DNA from: Perkinsus olseni
Lineage: Eukaryota
Direction of reading: 5' to 3'
Length of the DNA stretch: 50,466 nucleotides
NCBI GenBank assembly: GCA_013115125.1
Contig: JABANN010000228.1
Coordinates: 1 to 50,466, forward strand
Position numbers and translations under genes: made by a program. The notes under the pieces are model-generated. The model had not been told where the DNA came from. It did no database searches and saw nothing but the letters and a program-made list of their open reading frames with translations. Shown piece after piece: positions 1-13,080 of the stretch (its first letter is position 1; every line of letters starts with the position of its first letter).

Positions 1-299
1 CGATCTATGAAAGATATCAATTAAGGGACACATCCGCGCACAATTAAGGAAATAAACACAGTGGATCACCACATTTCGTACCATATTCTTCCCATCTAAT
101 GGACCCCTCTCAGGTTCAGAAGGCCTCGATCTGTCGATTCAAGCGGCCTGCCACGGTACTACAACTGCAGCAGCTAAGCACTCTCCACCCGCGATGCAGT
201 CCTCTTTTCAGGTATGGCAGCGACCCTCCAAGTTACAGAGGATCGTTGGACTTTCTCGATTACATTTCGGACTTTGGAGAGGCGGATGAGGCTAGCTGA
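1..299 (+). pseudogene. 3' end of a secreted PY-motif family member (subfamily A), runs off the left edge and may be degenerate
   Basis: Exon 114-155, GT-AG intron 156-211 and exon 212-299 give RRPRSVDSSGLPR|YGSDPPSYRGSL...*, matching the tail of the intact copy at 2965-3949. All three frames in 1-50 contain stops. Confidence 0.6.
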
Positions 300-814
300 T
301 GTATCGCTCGAAGTAAGTGCGGTCATAATCGCTGCTGAGTGCCGTCACTTCACTCCAAACTCCCTCTGGAGAAGTAACGCCTTTACAGGAATCACTTCCA
401 TGCCGCGCGTTTTGAGTAATTCACCGCTATAGCTGCACGACTCGCGCCCAGAATTTCGGTTTCTTTTCGCTAGAGGCCAACGGCTTGTCATCGAACACTT
501 GCTGGCCTGAGCTTCAAAATCCGAGCTCTCTCGGGGTTCCGAGAGTGGACCCTATTTGAGTAATTTTACGACGTTGATGATCCTAGCTACCGGCACGACA
601 TGGATATTCTCGTGAGGAAAGTTTGAACTCCCAACTTTGACAGGAGCTTTTGAACTCCCGCTTGACCCTTCATCATGATCTCAGCTTCCCCTGCCTTGCG
701 AAGGAGAAGTATGCCCTCGACTGGTGCACCGAAAGCACCAAGCTACGTTGATGGATGTCCATGTTGCTGTATGATTATCCTTCACTCTGATGCTGTATGA
801 TGTCCATAAGCCAT

Positions 815-834
815 CGTTGTGTTCGTCAATAGAT
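815..834 (+). promoter_or_regulatory. Conserved upstream motif CGTTGTGTTCGTCAATAGAT (representative copy)
   Basis: Related copies at 2681-2700, 4278-4297, ~6841-6857, 8531-8550, 11075-11093 and ~13060-13073, each 5' of a family member. Regulatory function is inferred. Confidence 0.45.
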
Positions 835-1316
835 AAGAGCCAAGAGACGGTATGCGGCCTCTCCGGGTGCGCTAGTCGCGCTGTGACGTAGCCTGCACCC
901 TGCTAAGGCCTCGCATTAATACTGAAGGAGCGCGTCTGACTTCCAAGCCACAGGTTCCTGTTGAACCGTCTAACTTGAATTCGGAAGGTGAGGGTGGTTC
1001 CCCTAGCCCACACTCGACGGCCAGCGCGATTTTGCAGAGACCTCTGATGCAGCTGTTCGAAACAATACCATCACACGCGAGCACCGAGGTGGTCCGAGAG
1101 CACATCTAGCTCATAATCCGTGCGTCACGTCACATGACGCAAGACAGTGTCTAAAATGACGACGAGGGCTAGCTGACGACGACGCGACGCCTTCAGGTTT
1201 TGATCCCATATCACGGTTTTTACCTATCTGGTGTCCCCTACACTGTTATCTTGGGTTCTACATTCCCTCATGACGCCTCTACTCAGTTTTCGTTGGATCT
1301 TCACAATTAGCTCAAT

Positions 1317-1988
1317 ATGAGCCCAACAGTCGTCTCATCCGCTACATCCCTCGTAGCTCCTATATTTCTCATCGGTCTAGTCGCTGCTTCTATAGAAGAG
1401 TACGCCTGTCATGCGCCGGACGATCCCGAGGCTCTAATCTCTTGTCTGGTAGCAAAGGTGTCCCTAAAGTTTAGGAAACCGGGTCTAGTCCGTACCTCTA
1501 TTCCGAGCACACTGCGAAGCCTGGCAGGGACGGTATAGAGAGATATGAGAAGTGATACCTGCGAGGTTCACTCAATCACTCGCAACAAGACAGAGTATTT
1601 ACAGGCTAACGAGTCGTGCACTATCGCGTGGCTCAGTTCTGCTGGCCCACTAACCTACATTCGCGGTCGCAACAGATATATGTTCGAAATCCCCCATGAA
1701 GACACTCAAATTGAAGGTTTTTGAAGGGAACTATTATAGCTTTCCCCGAAAACCGCAGCAAGATTACGTCATCGATTACCCTGAAAATGGTTGGTTCGTC
1801 TTCGTTATCCCTCTCCGGTAAATCCCTTTGCCTTTGGTGCACATGGTCTGTTCCCATATGTTCACAAAGTCACTTCAGGGCCGACAGGCAACACTTATGA
1901 GCTAGTAAAAGATAAAGGGTTCGATATTTTCACTCGACTTGTGCTAAAAACCGACGTAAAATGGCGTAGCCCTCTACTTCAAACATGA
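1317..1988 (+). pseudogene. Divergent, disrupted member of the secreted family
   Basis: Hydrophobic leader followed by EEYAC...LISC, resembling the family YC..L..C start. The downstream fragment FPYVHKVTSGPTG...FTRLV resembles YPVKYEQVNG...FTRLV of the intact copy. Broken by stops and frame changes. Confidence 0.4.
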
Positions 1989-2964
1989 CTCCAGATCGAG
2001 GCCTGGCACGCGCGCCTTCCTGTTGCTCATCTCTAAGAGGGTGTTTTTGCTCTTCTTGTCCACGACCCGGCGTCGCGGGTAAGCTGATCATCACCCTGGG
2101 CTCTTCACTCGGGCCTATTATTCATGTTTTCGTGCGCTCCCGCGCTCGCGGATAAGCGTTGGTTCCTTCGAAACACTTACGATGGGGCGCAGCGAGTACG
2201 CGATGTCTGTTCAGTCACGCTGGCCCTCCTCCTCGCAACGAGGACCTCCCACTTGCTTACGGGGAGCTCTCTCCACTCGCCGGCGGCCCACCACAATGAG
2301 GTGAGGATTGCCTGGGCGTGTGAACCGCCCAGAGGTGTTCACCGTACGGTGCTATCGAACATACACGGGGAAGCGAGGATCCTCAGAGCGTACCGGGCGT
2401 ATGGGGTCATCGATCATCCATCATGATCATCGTGGCTCACTGTCTCTCTCTGCTCCAATGTAGCTCGATATCCTATCTCTGTTGTTCAGTGAGTCTAGAA
2501 GTGACGAAAGACGGCCAAGGCATTTATATTCTAGCGAGAAGAATAGAAGAACTTCACCGAATCGCTTCGAACCTCCTCATTCTTTATCTCTATGGCACTT
2601 CGGTGTGTTAGTTGACTTACATTTGTGTGCTGTACGTTTGTGTGCTGTATCGGCTACGTTGCGTGGCCTCTCTCGATCTGCGCTGTGTTCGTCAGCAGAT
2701 GAGTGCTAGGGGGCATGGGGAACCTACTGCCTCGCGGCCGAACGAGTACTGAGAGATGCCTAGAGCTTTCGACGCTAGGCCCTTCACACAGTCTCGACTC
2801 TGACAGGCTATATTGATCTGTCGAGTCACTATACCTTGTGTGACCAGCCCTCTCTCGACACCCTTTCAACGGCAGGGATTAGTCGTTCGGCAGTGAGCTC
2901 GTGGGCCACGGCCTATCAGATGTCATGTTCAATTCGAAGTCTGTGCTTGTACCGTGCCTGCCCA

Positions 2965-3949
2965 ATGGTCCTCAAGGCTTTCTCATATCGCGTCATTACC
3001 GGCGTTGTTGAGGCCCAGCTCTTCCGAGAACACCCATTCAAGTTTTACTGTCATTTCGATGCTACGCTACAGTCCGTCTGTTTTCGGACAGTGGAAAAGC
3101 ATGGGATATGGGGTATATCCTCACACAAGATTTTCGCATATGAAGACCACCCACGGGTACCACAGTATGAGAGCCTCAACTGGCGTCCTCATACGCGGCT
3201 AGGCTCCATTACCGTGCATCCTCGAGGAGAATGGAACGCCCTGGAGATCGGCGAGTTCCCGTGGCCGGTTGATTATCCTGTTAAGTACGAGCAGGTGAAT
3301 GGAAAAAATGGGAGCTACTTCGATGTCAACTTCACGAGCTTTGAGTCTCCAAGACGCTTCACTCGTCTTGTCCCGGTCTCGAAAGATGAAGTCCCTTTGA
3401 GGGGAGCCCCACCCCAGGCGACGTTCAAGGCACATTGTCCGACGAACTGGACGGCAACACTCGAGGAAAAGCCTGGCGGAAGAACGTTCAAGATCAGAGC
3501 TACGGTTCGCGATTCTGTATACGATTTCGAGAAGGTGAAGACTCTTAATGGTGGGATCGTCAAAGGTTTCAAAGCGAATGTGGCTGGGAGAAAGAAAAAG
3601 GCCGAGGCTTTCATCTTGAAACTGCCGACAAACGAAATTCAATATGGCCTGATGCTGACCTCAGGACTGTTTTCTTATATGCTCTACAGAACGGATGAGG
3701 TGGAGCTCCGAGAACACGACATGCTACCGCCAGCGTGAGACCAGAAGGATTCCCTCTTCTTCGCCTGACGAATCTCCCTCAGGATGATGAGACCTCGACC
3801 GTTCAATTCAGCTGGTCTACCAAGGTATGACTCTCTAACGACTGGCCTCCCTTCGGGTGTCTAGTTGGTCTGCGTGACCGAGTATTCATTTCAGTTACGG
3901 GGACGCTCCTCCAAGTTACGAAGAAGCGACCGGCGTACTTCTTCGATAA
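2965..3949 (+). CDS. Intact secreted protein of unknown family (subfamily A) with C-terminal LPSY and PPSY motifs
   Basis: Exons 2965-3734, 3783-3824 and 3895-3949 with GT-AG introns of 48 and 70 nt keep one open frame: MVLKAFSYRVITGVVEA-QLFREHPFKFYCHF...DMLPPAMMRPRPFNSAGLPSYGDAPPSYEEATGVLLR*. Confidence 0.8.
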
Positions 3950-4259
3950 TTCAATTCCGATGCCAGTCGAGTAAGTACCGATGTGAACTGGGTGAATAAT
4001 TCACCGTGAATTTACACGTTATTGGAAGTGTGGGAAATCGATCATCCAAGCTTGCTGGCGAACGCTATCCGCCTGCATGCCCGCATTGCCATTTTCTTGC
4101 CAAGTCCTACATCTTTTGTGACAGGCGTCGAGCCAGCTAGCACTGACAAAATGATCACTGCCACACGACTCCTCCGTCGGTCGCGGACTCGACTTTCATC
4201 CGTGTTCATTGATGTTTGAGTACGTGTGTCAACTTCGCTTGGTGATGAGCTTACCGTCG

Positions 4260-4292
4260 TTGACGAACACAACGACTCGTTGTGTTCGTCAA
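4260..4292. repeat. Perfect 16-bp inverted repeat with a 1-nt spacer
   Basis: TTGACGAACACAACGA-C-TCGTTGTGTTCGTCAA. The right arm is the conserved upstream motif. Confidence 0.95.
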
Positions 4293-4991
4293 TGGATGGG
4301 ACGGAGGGATCCCTCCCGTTGACCTGAGCTAACAAGTGATGAGGAACTAACCGTTTGACATATACGACGTCGTCTCGAAGACTGACTTGAAGACTTGACG
4401 CTTTGACTTGCGAGAAAGCAACTTTTGCGAGCCTCTCAAAGAAAATGGCTACTTCCGTGAGCTTGTAATATCTTCAACCTGATGGCCAAGCATTGTCATG
4501 CTTCCCTGATGCACTGCGGTGTACTTCACTAACTTTCAGTGGGACCTAGTGGAAAATTTGTTACAGAGATAGTCTCGGAAAAGTTGCCATGTGTAATCCA
4601 GGTGAGATAATCCAGTATATCATATCCAGTGTCCGGTATACCAGTTGATCATGAACAGTCTGATGGTAAGCCACAAAAGAATAGCAGGAGATAATCTCAC
4701 GAACAATGATGTGGGCATTTGCGTCACGGTTACATGAGAGCAGGAACCGGTCAAGCGAAAACTCGCAGCCCTTTCTAGTAGTGCCCGTGTCGGTTTCTCG
4801 TCGACCCCCTCAGCATGAAAGGTATGATGGGCGCTTGGCTTCAACCAGAGGCCTTCTCTCTCCTCATGTATTAGCCTATCTTTCGATTCCCGTCCACCCT
4901 GATCATATCCCGTCGGTCTCAATATCGACTCTCTTCTTCTTTGTAAATCAATGCCGGGAAAGTCTCTGGTCTGTTGGTTCCTTCGTTACCG

Positions 4992-5183
4992 ATGACCATG
5001 GAGGCTTCACTACGTCTTGTCATTCCGGGTGTGATCGCAACTTCCGCTATGTGGCAGCGTCCGTCCAAGGTCTACTGTCACTTCTACGAGGCACTGCAGT
5101 CCGTATGCCTTCTGACTCGTCCCGGCGGTGACCTAACCGGCATATCCTCGTACCCGGGTGGTATCCCAACTCATACAGTTTAA
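4992..5183 (+). pseudogene. 5' fragment of a subfamily A member
   Basis: MTMEASLRLVIPGVIATSAMWQRPSKVYCHFYEALQSVC...GISS matches the family N-terminus, then homology stops at unrelated AT-rich DNA (~5170-5400). Confidence 0.75.
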
Positions 5184-5919
5184 ATACGGCATTTTTCAGC
5201 TCGAGAATTTTCTCCACAGACAACTCCCAACTCGGTCACCATGTTTCGAGCAAATGTCAGCCCGGGTTCTTTCAGCCTAGTTTTCTGCTGCAATTCTGAA
5301 CTTGTATAATATAACGGAAATCTTTCATGTACTTCAATCCCATACAGCTTTAACTCAGGCAGTTTCTACTCATCCACCCGATTTCATTGGTTATTGTTTC
5401 GCGAACTGTTCGCGAAGCAACCGTTCGATGATATTCTAGTGATGAAGTAATCACTGATAACCATGTCGGGGCAGGCCGAGTTCACGATGCCTGGACATTA
5501 ATATCATTGGACTCGGCCGTCAGTTGCCGAGATGGGCCGATCGCCTTAGCAGAATGAGATCGGAAGTCTCAAATCGGAACCTTAAAGGGCCTGGGGCGAG
5601 GAAGCCAGCCCTCACCGAAGCGAAGAATCCTTCTCCCTCGTACTCGATGAGAACACTCCTAACACTGTGTTTGAGTCGGACACCGCTGCGACACCACACC
5701 GAGTCCGAGACGGACAGGCCGACGTGCCGAGGCTCCACGAATAACGCGGAATAGCACAGGGACAACATAGTCGCCTCACTGATATAGGAATGGGAGAATG
5801 GGTTACTCTGTATGTGAAGAGCGCAGCTTCTTGAAACTGGTGTTAGCCACTGCCGCACTTTAATGAGCCGTCTCGGAATGTTATGTGCAGCTTCCAGTGT
5901 CAGCCTGTGCTCACTTACA

Positions 5920-6571
5920 ATGCCCTTCAAAGTTTTATGGGTTCTCTTTGTTCCCAGCGCCCTGGGTGTGATCAGTCTCCGAGAGCGTCCATTCAAGTTC
6001 TACTGCCCCGCCCCAGGCGGAGTTCGTGGTAACCAAGTGGACGGCGATATTGAAAAGCGGGCGATACTTCGAGACAAAATAGAGATATAAGAGGGCCCTC
6101 GAGCTGAGGGTTAATTTCTCCGGATCGGAATGGGTTTTGAGAAACGTGAAAACGCTAGAGGGTGGAATCGTGGAAGGTTTCCGAGGAAATGTGGCTGGCA
6201 GAAAAGAGTATGCTGAGGCTTCCTTCTTCGAGCTTCCAACAAGTGGAACACAATACGGTCTGATGGTTACCTCGGGAGTCGAGTCCTTCATGCTTTACAG
6301 GACAGACGAGGTGAAGGTTAGAGACCACGACATGCTTCCGCCAGGGTGAGACTGCGTAACACGGATTGCTTGCCCGTGCATGACGAATCTCCTTCAGACT
6401 CGTCAGGCCGCGGACTTCAATCCAGCTGGGTCTACCAAGGTATGACCCCTAAGGCTGGGCATTCCTGCAACGAGCCACACGGTGAGGCTGGACATGCGCG
6501 TTCTTTTCAGGTACGGTGAATCGCCTCCGAGTTACGATGATTCCGCTTTCGATCGGGTCGTGGCTGGGTGA
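5920..6571 (+). pseudogene. Subfamily A member with a large internal deletion
   Basis: MPFKVLWVLFVPSALG...RPFKFYC joins out of frame to PPQAEF..WTAIL, so about 110 codons are missing. There is an in-frame TAG, then GGIVEGFRGNVAGRK...DHDMLPPG and a last exon YGESPPSYDDSA...* (6511-6571). Confidence 0.8.
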
Positions 6572-7222
6572 CAAGTCGCCTGACTGGGGACCCTTCAAAT
6601 TTGTTTGTGGTCCGATTTCCGCAGCCATTGAGTCATCCGGGGTCTTATTTCCTCTGAGGACTGCACAAGGCAGATACTATCTGCAACTCTGTGCTGAGAA
6701 CCTGAGAATTCCAACAAATTCTGGCCTGGACAGGAACTAGTGTCTTACCATTGTCGCTGCTAATGATTGCTGTTAGCCTTCGATTTTGAATACTGTAGTG
6801 AGCTCGATGTTATCCTCTGTGATAATTACTACCGGTTCTACATTTGTCAATGAGATGGAGGAAGAGTAGCTGAAGCTCGGCTCAGAGGAGTATGCGATGG
6901 GTTTGTGTTCTACTGTACACTGCAGACGTACGACAGACGATTCAACGCGGAATATTACGATTGCTCCTCCTGAGGAATACGCTAGTGACCCTTTCCAACC
7001 TAGATCGGGGGCGTGATCTATGCAAGGAGTTCGTTTTCCGTACGGGAAAACCTCCCTGAACGCGCAGTGGCAGTTTGCAGGGTGATGGATCACCGATAGC
7101 ATGCTCGTGAAGTTGCTCCTGACAGGCGCCTCCTGTTGCCAATCGCTCCCGCCTTTTCATCGTCCTAGTCTCACCTTGGTTTTTTCTTCTTCCCAGCGTT
7201 ACCTCTTTTTCCACCTGTCCTC

Positions 7223-8291
7223 ATGACCGTCAAGGCATTTATCCGCTCGATAATCCTAAGTTTTGCGGTAAGCCTGGCTTTCAAGAAGCATCCATATCGC
7301 TTTTACTGTCATTTCCGACAAGCACTACAGTCCGTGTGCTTCCGGACTCTCAAACGCCATGAAATATGGGGAGTATCCAGACACAACGTCTTTGCGTACG
7401 AGGCCGAACCGCGAGTACCTCACTATGAGAGCTGCAATTGGAAACCTGACCGGGATTGGACTTACCTCGCTCTCCGCTATCGTGGTGAGTGGCCTTCACT
7501 AGAAAACGGTTCCCGTGGCCCGTTGGAGCTCCCGTCACGTACGAAAAGGTCACCGGCCGTGACGGACAGCCCGGCTACTTGGATGTCAACTTCACAGATT
7601 ATGACGGCCCGAGGCGCTTCAGACGACTGATGCCTGTCTCAGTCTACGACATCCCATTAAAAGGCGAAGCACCCGAGGCGGAGTTCGTGGCGCATTACCC
7701 GACGGAATGGAAAGCGATATTGAGATTTATCGGGGAGTACTCTTGGTTGAGGAGAAAATATGAAAGACTTTTTCAGATCAGCTTTTCCCATTCTGGTACC
7801 GCATACAATTTAACAGAGGCGGAGACTCTTACGGACGGTATTGTGAAAGGGTTCAGAGGAATTGTGGGTAGAGTTCGAGCTTCCAGCGATCCCAAGGCAG
7901 AACGGCCTGATGCTAACGTCAGGGGTGAATTCTTATATACTATACAGAACAGATGAAGTTGGGCTCAGAGATCACGATATACTCTGCCCCGGGTAGGACG
8001 AAAAGTTCTCTCCTTGCTAGGGAATGAACCGTTCGAGATTTCGGAATGTGCGTATTCTCAGGCTCAGAAGGCCACGATCGATCGATTCGCTCGGGCTACC
8101 AAGGTAACACTGCGGCTAATTCCCGTCCAGCGCCCACAGTGCTGAGTTCCAGGTACGGGGCAGGCCCCCCAAGCTACGAAGAAGCGACGGGTTTCGGAGA
8201 CTCACCGGAGCATGAAAATCAAGCTTCGGCTGCGGAGGATTGCTCCTATACAAGTTCCATTCAAACGGTTGTGGATCAGCCTTGCACATAA
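7223..8291 (+). pseudogene. Near full-length subfamily A member with frameshifts
   Basis: Signal peptide plus RFYCHFRQALQSVCF. Frame changes near 7505 and 7870. The spliced tail reads RRPRSIDSLGLPR|YGAGPPSYEEATGF...CT*. Confidence 0.75.
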
Positions 8292-8851
8292 GTGGCAGTG
8301 TAAGCCTCCGGTCGGATGAAGCCCTTGCCAGGCAAGTGGCACAGGTGCTCCACGAAAAGATATCGGGAACGCGTTCGGTCTCAGGTATTGAGACTCACCA
8401 GCACCTCTAAAGGCTCGCGGTGCTCACTCCAAGACCGGACTACTCTCCGTAGAAAGTGACCACCGTTTGTTCACCCACGCAGATGAGTCCGTACCAATCG
8501 TCACTATTATCTGTTGTAATTACAGTCATTCGTTGCGTTTGTCAATGGATGTGATCGACTGGACGTCTCGGGTGTCCTTGATTTGCGACCAAAGGATCGG
8601 TGAAGATTTAAGGCCAAGCAGGTGGAATTGATCACCACCAAACCATCGGCGGCCGATGATCGGCCTCTCTGCCGCTAATTCTCTACGGTGAATATAGCAG
8701 CCATAGTAGTCTCCTGGGTTATACATCTATGGGTGCTAGCCCACATCATAGGGGGACGATTCATATGGTCGGAAGGCCACTTCGGTGCACACCGAAGCAG
8801 GAGCACAGTGCTTCGATGATGACGATGGTCACATTATAGTTTCTCTTGCGA

Positions 8852-9866
8852 ATGAGAGTCTATCTTGTGGTCATCGGTTCGACGCTTACTTGGTTGGCTA
8901 ACGCTGAATACAAGTATTACTGCAAATTCTTCGAGGAGCTACTGGCCCAGTGTATCGGTAGACCTACTGGAGGCCCCGTGAGCACTCTATCACAACACGG
9001 TGCATTGACCCATCCAGATCGACCAAATGAAGTTAGATATGTTAGCGAGGTTTGCCGCGTCAAGGACCGCCCAACCGGGTCGGCGGAAGGTTCCCTCAAA
9101 GTGCATTCTCGGGTGAAATGTGACATCGAAATTGGTCTTGGAGACTCCAAGTTGGAGTCCGATTGCATAACGAGCATATCGTACGAAAGGGAGAAGGGAA
9201 TATACGATATACCGTCAATGACGGTCCGTCATATTATTTTCTGACCAATCAGATAACCGGAACGGGTTACCAATTTGCCAAGCTCAGACCAATTGCGCCG
9301 GAAGATGTTGTGCTCCGACGGAGTCAATCAATAGGAACCACTGAGGCGACTTTCGTGAGCCACGGGCCTCGCTATTGGAGGGCAATCCTCACGGAAAAGG
9401 TCAGCTGCCGTGCCCAGGATGCTCCTCCAGGGTGTTTTAAGCTACCTGGTTATCGAGCGGATCGAGACCGGCCGAGATGCGTCATTCGACGTCAGAGACG
9501 GCCGAAGTTCCAGGTCAGAATGGAGAATGGTACATACGTTGAAGAATCTGACCGCATTGGACACATTCGATGAGATCATGAGACTTGAGACATCGCCGGA
9601 TCAGTACGATGATGACACTCCCATACGAGCAGAGGCATTCATCTTCGAATACTCCTGGCTGGGAGAATCTCACAAAGCGATCATGGTCACTTTTGAAGGG
9701 GAGTCTGCCATCCTATTCGATACGAGTATGCGACCCCTGCGGTCAGCTGAATACAAGTGAGGAGCATCGAGGAGGAGAAACTCCGGCCGTTCCGGCTGTT
9801 GAGAATAGAGTTTTTCAGGTACTTCTCGTCCGAGCGATATCCAAATCGTTACAGTGAAGCTCAAAG
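8852..9866 (+). pseudogene. Subfamily B member with frameshifts, 3' end not resolved
   Basis: MRVYLVVIGSTLTWLANA-EYKYYCKFFEELLAQCIG. Homology to ORF 11155 continues across three reading frames, with shifts near 9215 and 9535. Small exon 9819-9866 reads YFSSERYPNRYSEAQ. Confidence 0.7.
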
Positions 9867-10299
9867 GTGAGTTGGGCTGCACTTTCCGGTTCCTTTCCGG
9901 TTTGCCGCTCGCAATTTTTGTTCGGTTGACCCGAGTGAATGACGATGTTATTGGGACATCATCGAATAGAGACTCATTCAACAACACGTCGCAGCGCATG
10001 GACTATCGCAAGAGCATGAACCGCGGTCTAGTTCCGGGTCGATTTGAGTTGGGTTTTAGGCAGGAGGAGAGTCTGGATGCGCAAGTCTGGATCGACAAGG
10101 GTCAAATGGCAGACCTCTTCTAGCGGAATACTGCCGTCAACAGCTGCGCATTTATTTCTTACGCTTCAGACCACGATCGTCACCACGCCCGTTGGATTTC
10201 GGAGAGGGTAATCAAGACGACCCCCCACCTTGCTGCTCTTGTTCATGCCGCGTGCTTGATAGGTGTTCATCAAGATGTGTTACCCATGAAAGGATTTTG

Positions 10300-13080
10300 G
10301 TTTGAGTGAGCCTGTGATGATGAGGGCGAACCAGCATCAGCAGCGCCCTGAGGATAATTCAATACTTCCACCTCACTGCCCTCTTACCCAGCCACAGACA
10401 CTCCTTTGGGACGAGAGCACCTCGCCCTGCTCAATTGAGTTCATCTGCTAACTTACAATTATGTTCCGTTATGAGTATTCAACTCTCAAACAGCGGCTGA
10501 GACCACGCCTTCACGTCAACCTGATCGGATTCATCTGTAACTACTGAAAAAGGGCAATGCCAATGATGGGCCAGCCCGTCTGGGAGGTGTGTATATCATC
10601 TGGGTGCTCACGGTTGGGCCCCAACCGATCCACAGAAGGCAATGATGGTATTCCTCGGATTTGGTCGCTTGGAGAAGCTGAGAAGAATCCTCCCCGGCAT
10701 TCTCGAGTATCTTCTCGACCAATGCGTTCGGAGACCTATGAAAACAACTGGTGGACCACTCAGGCTGCGTGGACTTGCCCACTGCTTGTGAGTGACTTAG
10801 CCCTTACGTACGCCAGTAGATCTTCATTCCAGATTCCAGAAGGTCGAATGAGATTCCGCATGCCTGTGACGTCGGCCCTCACGTCATGAGTTTTTGCCTC
10901 GGCCGCACTGCTGCGCTTGAAGATGCATTTTCCGCTCTCTCCGTCGAGCTTCCACTATCACTGGTCGCTAAAACTGGCCGGTTACGATGCCTGGGGATAC
11001 ACGTATTCTCTGAGTGGTCCTCGAACTCTTCCTTTCGAGGGCATGGTTGTAAAAAGACGTGTTAGTAAGCCTCTCTTGTGTTAGTCAATAGATGAGAGTG
11101 GAAAGCTTCATGGGCAATCGGCGTTCACGCTGACATAACAAGGATAGCCTGGCCTTGGTTAATGCCGAATATAAGTATTACTGCGAATTCATGGACGAGA
11201 TGGTAGCTCAGTGCATCGGTAAACGTAAAGGAGGTCTGATAAGTACTCTATCACAACATGGTGCCTTGACTCATCCAGAGCACCCGAAAGAAGTTCGATA
11301 TGTAGCCGACGTTTGCCATATTAAGTATCGTCGTACCTGGTTCCCTTCGTTCTCGAGTGGTTCCCTTCATGTGGATCCCCGAGTCAGATGCGACATCGAG
11401 ACCGAGGTCGGTACCGGGATGCTCACTGCCAATATATCTTACAAAGCAGAGAAGCCAATCTTAGACCTACCATCATATTATTATCGCACCAACCAGCTGA
11501 CAGGAATGGGATACGCCTCCCTCAGGCTGTACCCGATTGCCCTGGAGGATCTTGATCTACGACGGGATCAATCAACAAACAAGACTGGGGCCACTTTGGT
11601 AAGCCACGGACCTCGGTATTGGAAGGCAATCCTCACGGAAGAGGCGCGCCCTAGTCCTTCACGGAGATTGGGGATACTAGGTCTAGATGTCAGAGCTAGA
11701 AGGCGAAAAGCCGAGTTCCTGACGCGAACGGAGAATGGTACGATGAAGAGGCTGGCCGTGTTGCGGACTGCTGATGTTGTTATGAAGCTCGGGGCGACGC
11801 CGAGTGACCACGATGGTGACTCTCCTTTGCGAGCTGAAGCGTTTATTTTCGGATACTCATGGAAGGATGAACATCATAGAGGGATCATGGTCACTCACAA
11901 GGGCGAGCCTGTTATGCTATTCGATACGAACATGCGACCCAAGCGTTTAACTGAGGACAGGTGGGGAGCAACTTTCGCGATCGGCTCTGTTGAGAACCAA
12001 GCTCCTCAGGTACTTCCCGTCCACACGGTATCCGAATCGTTACAGAAAAGCTCAAAGGTGGGTCGAGCAGCGACTCGTTGTCAGCGGCCTTCGCCACTCG
12101 CAGCTTCCGCCCGGTGGAGGTAGATGGCGATGTAGTGGTAGCATCGTAAAGAAATTTGGGAGATTAGCCAAATGGTCTTCCTCCGATGCCCGGCGGATTC
12201 GAGTTTATTCGTTGCTTTTGTGCATGCTAAATGATTCATCGGTGATGTTGATCAAGATGTATGATAGCCAGAGCACGGAGCTTGAGTAGAGTGAGGTGGT
12301 TATGATGGTTAGGGGTAGCCAACATCGGCAGCAGCATCATGAGGATAATCTAGTATCGCGGACCCCTGACCGACCATACCTACGCACAGTCCTCGGTGTC
12401 CTCGGTTGTTATGTGAGCACCTTGACGTGTTCATTGATGTCGAGTTCATCTACTAATTCCCCATCCTGGTCCGTTATCAGTATTCGCTGGCTTTGTGTTT
12501 ATCAGTGGGGGGATGAAAGACTCTGATTCAGCTCTGGGAAGGGTACGATACTAATGAGTAGCAGGCTAGTCTGCTAAGACTTGCATAGTAACTGGCAGTC
12601 CGGCCCGCTTCTACCGAGAGCAGTAGCGGCATTCCCAGTAGAACAACAAGCACTCCCGAACATCCAATCGCGTTCGGAGGCCTAGCAGTCTGCTAGGCAG
12701 TCTGCTAGTAGCAGAACGTCTTGTTCACTAAGCATGCTCTCAAAAGAGAAGACCGTGGTCGTTCCAGAAGGTCAAGTGAAGCTCGACGAGCCAGTGTGAT
12801 CGGCCCTCGCCTCGGAAGACAAGGCGATGGACCCGCCGGGTTTAACTTGGCAATACTCGTGCAAATCGATTTAATCTCGCCCCGCACTGCTGCGCTCGAA
12901 GATGCATTTTCCGTCCTCATTCTCGAGCTTCCATTAGCATCATTCGCCTGAGTAGCCCGATTGTGAGCCCTCAAGATACCCTGAGCCTGCAGAGCGGTCT
13001 ATGAACCCTTCAAGTCGAGGGGAGGGTTATAATTATTCTGACCGTTTGCTCTCCTCGGGGTCATCAATAGACGAGAGTGA
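10300..13080 (+). repeat. Diverged tandem duplication of intergenic DNA (unit ~2 kb) around subfamily B copies
   Basis: Shared blocks include CCGCACTGCTGCGCT[T/C]GAAGATGCATTTTCCG (~10903 and ~12882), CCAAT(C)GCGTTCGGAG (~10719 and ~12664) and TGAGGATAAT (~10349 and ~12340). Confidence 0.75.
11155..12057 (+). pseudogene. Subfamily B member with an open mature region but no ATG or signal peptide
   Basis: Open frame from LVNAEYKYYC to LFDTNMRP..DR plus exon 12010-12057. Compared with the 13231 copy, the DNA carrying the ATG and leader is missing. Confidence 0.65.

Noticed and set aside
5173-5367. Imperfect direct repeat CATACAGTTTAAATACGGCATTTTT / CATACAGCTTTAACTCAGGCAGTTT at the truncation of the 4992 copy as mobile-element ends
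   Set aside because: Too degenerate, with no target-site duplication or coding remnant visible.
3991-5416. Short palindromes with 1-nt spacers (3991-4005, 5398-5416; also 26869-26883 and 50378-50392)
   Set aside because: Arms of 7-9 bp are at or near chance frequency in 50 kb.
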